A stretch of 64,000 bases of DNA from contig JAUCBJ010004906.1 in NCBI GenBank assembly GCA_032718475.1, positions 1 to 64,000 of the forward strand, read 5' to 3'. This document shows positions 57,428 through 64,000 of this stretch, piece after piece. The DNA comes from Nemertoderma westbladi (taxonomy: Eukaryota > Animalia > Xenacoelomorpha). The translations under genes were made by a program, and so were the position numbers. Position 1 is the stretch's first letter. Every line of letters starts with the position of its first letter. The notes under the pieces are model-generated. The model was not told where the DNA came from, searched no databases, and worked only from the letters and a program-made list of their open reading frames with translations.

Positions 57428-59045
57428 ATCTCCACCCTCCACAGATCCTCCTGTACTTCCCACTCCGTCTCCCACACCCTCCACAGATCCTCCTGTACTT
57501 CCCAATCCGTCGTCCACACCCTCCACAGATCCTCCTGTACTTCCCATTCCGTCCCCCACACCCTCCACAGATCCCCCTGCACTTCCCATTCCGTCTCCCA
57601 CACACCTCCACAGATCCTCCTATACTTCCCACTCCGTCACCCACACCTTCCACAGATCCTCCTGTACTTCCCATTCCGTCTCCCACACCCTCCACAGATC
57701 CTCCTGTATATCCCACTCCGTCTCCCACACCTTCCACAGATCCTCCTGTACTTCCCATTCCGTCTCCCACACCCTCCACAGATCCTCCTGTATATCCCAC
57801 TCCGTCATCCACACCCTCCACAGATCCTCCTACACTTCCAATTCCGTCTCCCGCACACCTCCACAGATCCTCCTATACTTCCCACTCCGTCTCCCACACC
57901 CTCAACAGATCCTCCTGTACTTCCCACTCCGTCACCCACACCTTCCACAGATCCTCCTGTACTTCCCATTCCGTCTCCCACACCCTCCACAGATCCTCCT
58001 GTATATCCCACTCCGTCACCCACACCCTCCACAGATCCCCCTATACCTCTCACTCCGTCATCCACACCCTCCACAGATCCTCCTACACTTCCCATTCCGT
58101 CTCCCACACACCTCCACAGATCCTCCTATACTTCCCACTCCGTCTCCCACACCCTCCACAGATCCTCCTGCACTTCCCATTCCGTCTCCCACACCCTCCA
58201 CAGATCCTCCTGTACTTCCCATTCCGTCCCCCACACCCTCCACAGATCCTCCTGCACTTCCCATTCCGTCTCCCACACACCTCCACAGATCCTCCTATAC
58301 TTCCCACTCCGTCACCCACACCTTCCACAGATCCTCCTGTACTTCCCATTCCGTCTCCCACACCCTCCACAGATCCTCCTGTATATCCCACTCCGTCACC
58401 CACACCCTCCACAGATCCCCCTATACCTCTCACTCCGTCATCCACACCCTCCACAGATCCTCCTACACTTCCCATTCCGTCTCCCGCACACCTCCACAGA
58501 TCCTCCTATACTTCCCACTCCGTCTCCCACACCCTCAACAGATCCTACTGTACTTCCCACTCCGTCTCCCACACCCTCCACAGATCCCCCCATACCTCCC
58601 ACTCCGTCACCCACACCCTCCACAGATAATTCTGTACTTCGTATTCAGTCTCCCACACCCTCCACAGATCCTCATGTACTTCCCACTCCGTCTCCAACAC
58701 CCACCACAGACCTTCCTGTACTTCCCACTCCGTCACCCACACCCTCCACAGATCCTCTTGTACTTGCCACTCCGTCTCCCACACCCTCCACAGATCCTCC
58801 TGTATATCCCACTCCGTCACCCAGACCCTCCACAGATCCTCTTGTACTTCCCACTCCGTCTCCCACACCCTCCACAGATCCTCCTGTATATCCCACTCCG
58901 TTTCCCCACACCCTCCACAGATCATCCCATACTTCCCACTCCATCTTTCCCACCCTCCACAGATCCTCCTGAGCTTCCCACTCCGTCTCCCACATCCTCC
59001 ACAGATCCTCCTGAGCTTCCCACTCCGTCTCCCACACTCCTCTCG
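57428..59045. repeat. 42-bp C-rich tandem array inside the transposon, ~38 copies
   Basis: Unit CCTCCACAGATCCTCCTGTACTTCCCACTCCGTCTCCCACAC. Confidence 0.95.
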
Positions 59046-59412
59046 CCCCTCCGACTGCCCCCCCTTGCACCTCTACCTTTTCCCCTCTGACCTCCAACTG
59101 CTCCCCTTGCACCTCTATCTTTTTCCCTCCCACCTCTAACTGCTCCCTTCACAACTCTAACATTCTGCCCGCCCACCTCTAACACCTCTTGCACTTATAC
59201 CGCTATCCCCTGCCTCGCCACCACACCGATATATCTCACTTCTCCCTTCCTTACATCATCGGCATCCAGTATTCCATCTGATTCATCGTCTTCAATAGTT
59301 TCAATGACACCTTCCGCCCGAGACACATGGACTGCCACGCCATGCTCGATGCAGAATAGTGGACTCACTTTCTTACAAGAAATATTTATCATATTAGATA
59401 TCGCCACCCTGG

Positions 59413-59735
59413 TTATATATAATCTCGTGGGCCTTTCCAATTCCCTGGATGGGGCCTAATTATACTTGGTATTGTATCCTTTACCAGTTCCACATCATTA
59501 GCCGAGTATGAAAATATCTTGGTTTTAATTCGAGATTTCAGCATGGCAATTATGTCGTTGAAGCTAAGGGTATCGCCATCAATGTGCATGCCAATAATGT
59601 TTGACAATGTCCTCTTAATCGTTCCACCAACTCCATCCGCTGGGCCCTTCCCGTGACCGGCCTCCAAATATATCCAACGGATTTTCTTATTCGTAGCCTT
59701 AGCAACTTCATTAAATAGAAATACAATTAATAGTC
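59413..59735 (-). pseudogene. DDD/E transposase fragment (HGKGxxDGxGG motif, Sola2-like)
   Basis: KIRWIYLEAGHGKGPADGVGGTIKR in and just upstream of ORF 59413..59667; no long upstream ORF. Confidence 0.7.
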
Positions 59736-60623
59736 CTATTGCGGTTCTACTGAAGTGTTACAGGTGAGACATGTCCTACTCTGTAGCCCAAATTTATTCA
59801 ATTTACATGTTACATGTGGGATTTTTTGTGTTACAGGCTTTTGTTACAGGTGGGACAAAGCTCATGCTGATAAATGTAAAAGCAACTGACGTCTATTCCA
59901 CAGTCAATTGTTGCACAAATGATTACTCACGCAAAAGCCCAATATCTGGGCTATGTGCTGATATTAGAATCTTCATATCACGTTTGTTAGAACTGATTCT
60001 AGAGCATTGTAAAGCAATGATAATGCACTTGGTGTTACACAAGGGACAATCCTAATTGACATAATGGACTCGCACGTATAAAACCAGCCATATCTCTGGT
60101 TGTGTTTTGTATTTTTTCGTAAAATCTGGAACATTCCACTTCCCGAAGATTTTCCTTTCAAATAAGAATTTAGGTTATAGAATCCCAATAAAAACCTTTT
60201 GGTGAATTCAGGTGTTACCGTTTGGGACAAGTAATTGTCAAAAATATGGGTATATTATCTATTGTTTTATTTCAATATGATATCAATAAAACAATTTGGA
60301 AGTTATTCCATTGCATTACTCTATTATTTAGCTTTAAAATGAGCTATAACTTGTTGAAATACACCCAGTAGATGTCAAAATACATCCCCCACAATGCAAT
60401 GAACTTTTTTGGACAATTGGAAAACATGCATTTTTTAGTACTAAAAGGTCTGTAAAATCTTTCAAAGTCGGAGTGGCAGTATGACTTTTTGTGCATCTGT
60501 TGGACCTTAAAATTATCTTCAAAAATATATATAACTTTACCAGGTTCCTAAAAAAAATTTCATTCTAAAATTAAGTCGAATCGTGTGGGAAACGTTTTTG
60601 GCCACTTTTTGTGAGTTTGGGCC

Positions 60624-63600
60624 ATATAAAGCGTAACGATCTACAACAAAAGTATATAAAGCGTGTCAAAACAGCCTACAACAAAAGTATAAAATAAGTG
60701 TGTAAAAACAAACTACAACAAAAGTATAAAATAAGCGTGTAAAAACAACCTACAACAAAAATATAAAATAAGTGTGTCAAAACGATCCACAACAAAAGTA
60801 TATAAAGCGTGTCGAAACAGCCTACAACAAAAGTATAAAATAAGCGTGTAAAAACAAAACTACAACAAAAGTATAAAATAAGCGTGTAAAAACAAAACTA
60901 CAACAAAAGTATAAAATAAGCGTGTAAAAACATAACTACAACAAAAGTATAAAAAAAGCGTGTAAAAACAAAACTACAACAAAAGTATAAAATAAGCGTG
61001 TAAAAACAAAACTAAAACAAAAGTATAAAATAAGCGTGTAAAAACAAAACTACACAAGGGACAATCCTAATTGACATAATGGACTCGCACGTATAAAACC
61101 AGCCATATCTCTGGTTGTGTTTTGTATTTTTTCGTAAAATCTGGAACATTCCACTTCCCGAAGATTTTCCTTTCAAATAAGAATTTAGGTTATAGAATCC
61201 CAATAAAAACCTTTTGGTGAATTCAGGTGTTACCGTTTGGGACAAGTAATTGTCAAAAATATGGGTATATTATCTATTGTTTTATTTCAATATGATATCA
61301 ATAAAACAATTTGGAAGTTATTCCATTGCATTACTCTATTATTTAGCTTTAAAATGAGCTATAACTTGTTGAAATACACCCAGTAGATGTCAAAATACAT
61401 CCCCCACAATGCAATGAACTTTTTTGGACAATTGAAAAACATGCATTTTTTAGTACTAAAAGGTCTGTAAAATCTTTCAAAGTCGGAGTGGCAGTATGAC
61501 TTTTTGTGCATCTGTTGGACCTTAAAATTATCTTCAAAAATATATATAACTTTACCAGGTTCCTAAAAAAAATTTCATTCTAAAATTAAGTCGAATCGTG
61601 TGGGAAACGTTTTTGGCCACTTTTTGTGAGTTTGGGCCATATAAAGCGTAACGATCTACAACAAAAGTATATAAAGCGTGTCAAAACAGCCTACAACAAA
61701 AGTATAAAATAAGTGTGTAAAAACAAACTACAACAAAAGTATAAAATAAGCGTGTAAAAACAACCTACAACAAAAATATAAAATAAGTGTGTCAAAACGA
61801 TCCACAACAAAAGTATATAAAGCGTGTCGAAACAGCCTACAACAAAAGTATAAAATAAGCGTGTAAAAACAAAACTACAACAAAAGTATAAAATAAGCGT
61901 GTAAAAACAAAACTACAACAAAAGTATAAAATAAGCGTGTAAAAACAAAACTACAACAAAAGTATAAAAAAAGCGTGTAAAAACAAAACTACAACAAAAG
62001 TATAAAATAAGCGTGTAAAAACAAAACTAAAACAAAAGTATAAAATAAGCGTGTAAAAACAAAACTACAACAAAAGTATAAAATAAGCGTGTAAAAACAA
62101 AACTACAACAAAAGTATAAAATAAGCGTGTAAAAACAAAACTACAACAAAAGTATAAAATAAGCGTGTAAAAACAAAACTACAACAAAAGTATAAAATAA
62201 GCGTGTAAAAACAAACTACAACAAAAGTATAAAATAAGCGTGTAAAAACAACCTACAAAAAAAATATAAAATAAGCGTGTCAAAACGATCCACAACAAAA
62301 GTATATAAAGCGTGTCGAAACAGCCTACAACAAAAGTATAAAATAAGCGTGTAAAAACAAAACTACAACAAAAGTATAAAATAAGCGTGTAAAAACAAAA
62401 CTACAACAAAAGTATAAAATAAGCGTGTAAAAACAAAACTACAACAAAAGTATAAAAAAAGCGTGTAAAAACAAAACTACAACAAAAGTATAAAATAAGC
62501 GTGTAAAAACAAAACTAAAACAAAAGTATAAAATAAGCGTGTAAAAACAAAACTACAACAAAAGTATAAAATAAGCGTGTAAAAACAAAACTACAACAAA
62601 AGTATAAAATAAGCGTGTAAAAACAAAACTACAACAAAAGTATAAAATAAGCGTGTAAAAACAAAACTACAACAAAAGTATAAAATAAGCGTGTAAAAAC
62701 AAACTACAACAAAAGTATAAAATAAGCGTGTAAAAACAACCTACAAAAAAAATATAAAATAAGCGTGTCAAAACGATCCACAACAAAAGTATATAAAGCG
62801 TGTCGAAACAGCCTACAACAAAAGTATAAAATAAGCGTGTAAAAACAAAACTACAACAAAAGTATAAAATAAGCGTGTAAAAACAAAACTACAACAAAAG
62901 TATAAAATAAGCGTGTAAAAACAAAACTACAACAAAAGTATAAAATAAGCGTGTAAAAACAAAACTACAACAAAAGTATAAAATAAGCGTGTAAAAACAA
63001 AACTACAACAAAAGTATAAAATAAGCGTGTAAAAACAAAACTACAACAAAAGTATAAAATAAGCGTGTAAAAACAAAACAACAACAAAAGTATAAAATAA
63101 GCGTGTAAAAACAAAACTACAACAAAAGTATAAAATAAGCGTGTAAAAACAAAACTACAACAAAAGTATAAAATAAGCGTGTAAAAACAAAACTACAACA
63201 AAAGTATAAAATAAGCGTGTAACAAACAAAACTACAACAAAAGTATAAAATAAGCGTGTAAAAACAAAACTACAACAAAAGTATAAAATAAGCGTGTAAA
63301 AACAAACTACAACAAAAGTATAAAATAAGCGTGTAAAAACAACCTACAAAAAAAATATAAAATAAGCGTGTCAAAACGATCCACAACAAAAGTATATAAA
63401 GCGTGTCGAAACAGCCTACAACAAAAGTATAAAATAAGCGTGTAAAAACAAAACTACAACAAAAGTATAAAATAAGCGTGTAAAAACAAAACTACAACAA
63501 AAGTATAAAATAAGCGTGTAAAAACAAAACTACAACAAAAGTATAAAATAAGCGTGTAAAAACAAAACTACAACAAAAGTATAAAATAAGCGTGTAAAAA

Positions 63601-64000
63601 CAAAACTACAACAAAAGTATAAAATAAGCGTGTAAAAACAAAACTACAACAAAAGTATAAAATAAGCGTGTAAAAACAAAACTACAACAAAAGTATAAAA
63701 TAAGCGTGTAAAAACAAAACTACAACAAAAGTATAAAATAAGCGTGTAAAAACAAAACTACAACAAAAGTATAAAATAAGCGTGTAAAAACAAAACTACA
63801 ACAAAAGTATAAAATAAGCGTGTAAAAACAAAACTACAACAAAAGTATAAAATAAGCGTGTAAAAACAAAACTACAACAAAAGTATAAAATAAGCGTGTA
63901 AAAACAAAACTACAACAAAAGTATAAAATAAGCGTGTAAAAACAAAACTACAACAAAAGTATAAAATAAGCGTGTAAAAACAAAACTACAACAAAAGTAT
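60624..64000 (-). repeat. 38-bp satellite, distal continuation of the acceptor-spanning array, interrupted by a duplicated transposon end (61051-61638); runs off the window
   Basis: Unit AAAACAAAACTACAACAAAAGTATAAAATAAGCGTGTA, homologous to 56661-56874. Confidence 0.95.
61051..61638 (-). mobile_element. Duplicated terminal ~590 bp of the Sola-like element
   Basis: Near-identical to 60036-60623 (offset 1015 bp), including the TIR and ATAT. Confidence 0.92.

Larger units (their letters stand above)
56875..60623 (-). mobile_element. Sola-like DNA transposon, decayed
   Basis: TIRs GGCTCAAACTCCCAAAAAGTGGCCAAAA / TTTTGGCCACTTTTTGTGAGTTTGGGCC, ATAT duplication on both sides, transposase remnant WIYLEAGHGKGPADGVGGTIKR. 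Confidence 0.8.

Overview
Metazoan (invertebrate-type) genomic DNA. It holds single-exon MRPL38 and TELO2 (+), and the 3' ~1600 codons of unc-79 (-; 12 phase-consistent exons reconstructed, 5' end beyond the window). One 26-kb unc-79 intron (27064-53114) carries three complete same-strand nested genes: a furin-type convertase, HMCES/SRAP and STPG1. The most striking pattern is that many large tandem arrays are amplified copies of exon-intron junctions. 6 of the 27 splice junctions I could map, plus the unc-79 stop codon, sit at the edge of an array whose unit is the exon end plus the splice signal, giving 13 to about 90 decoy splice sites each. A second class of arrays grew inside tRNA-headed SINEs; two inverted copies with a 36-bp cUUCGg-hairpin unit bracket the nested furin and HMCES genes. 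Also present: a Sola-like DNA transposon inserted into a junction array, several MITEs, a LINE RT fragment and a G-rich 32-bp satellite. Gene and repeat-family names are from recalled motifs; no database search was run.
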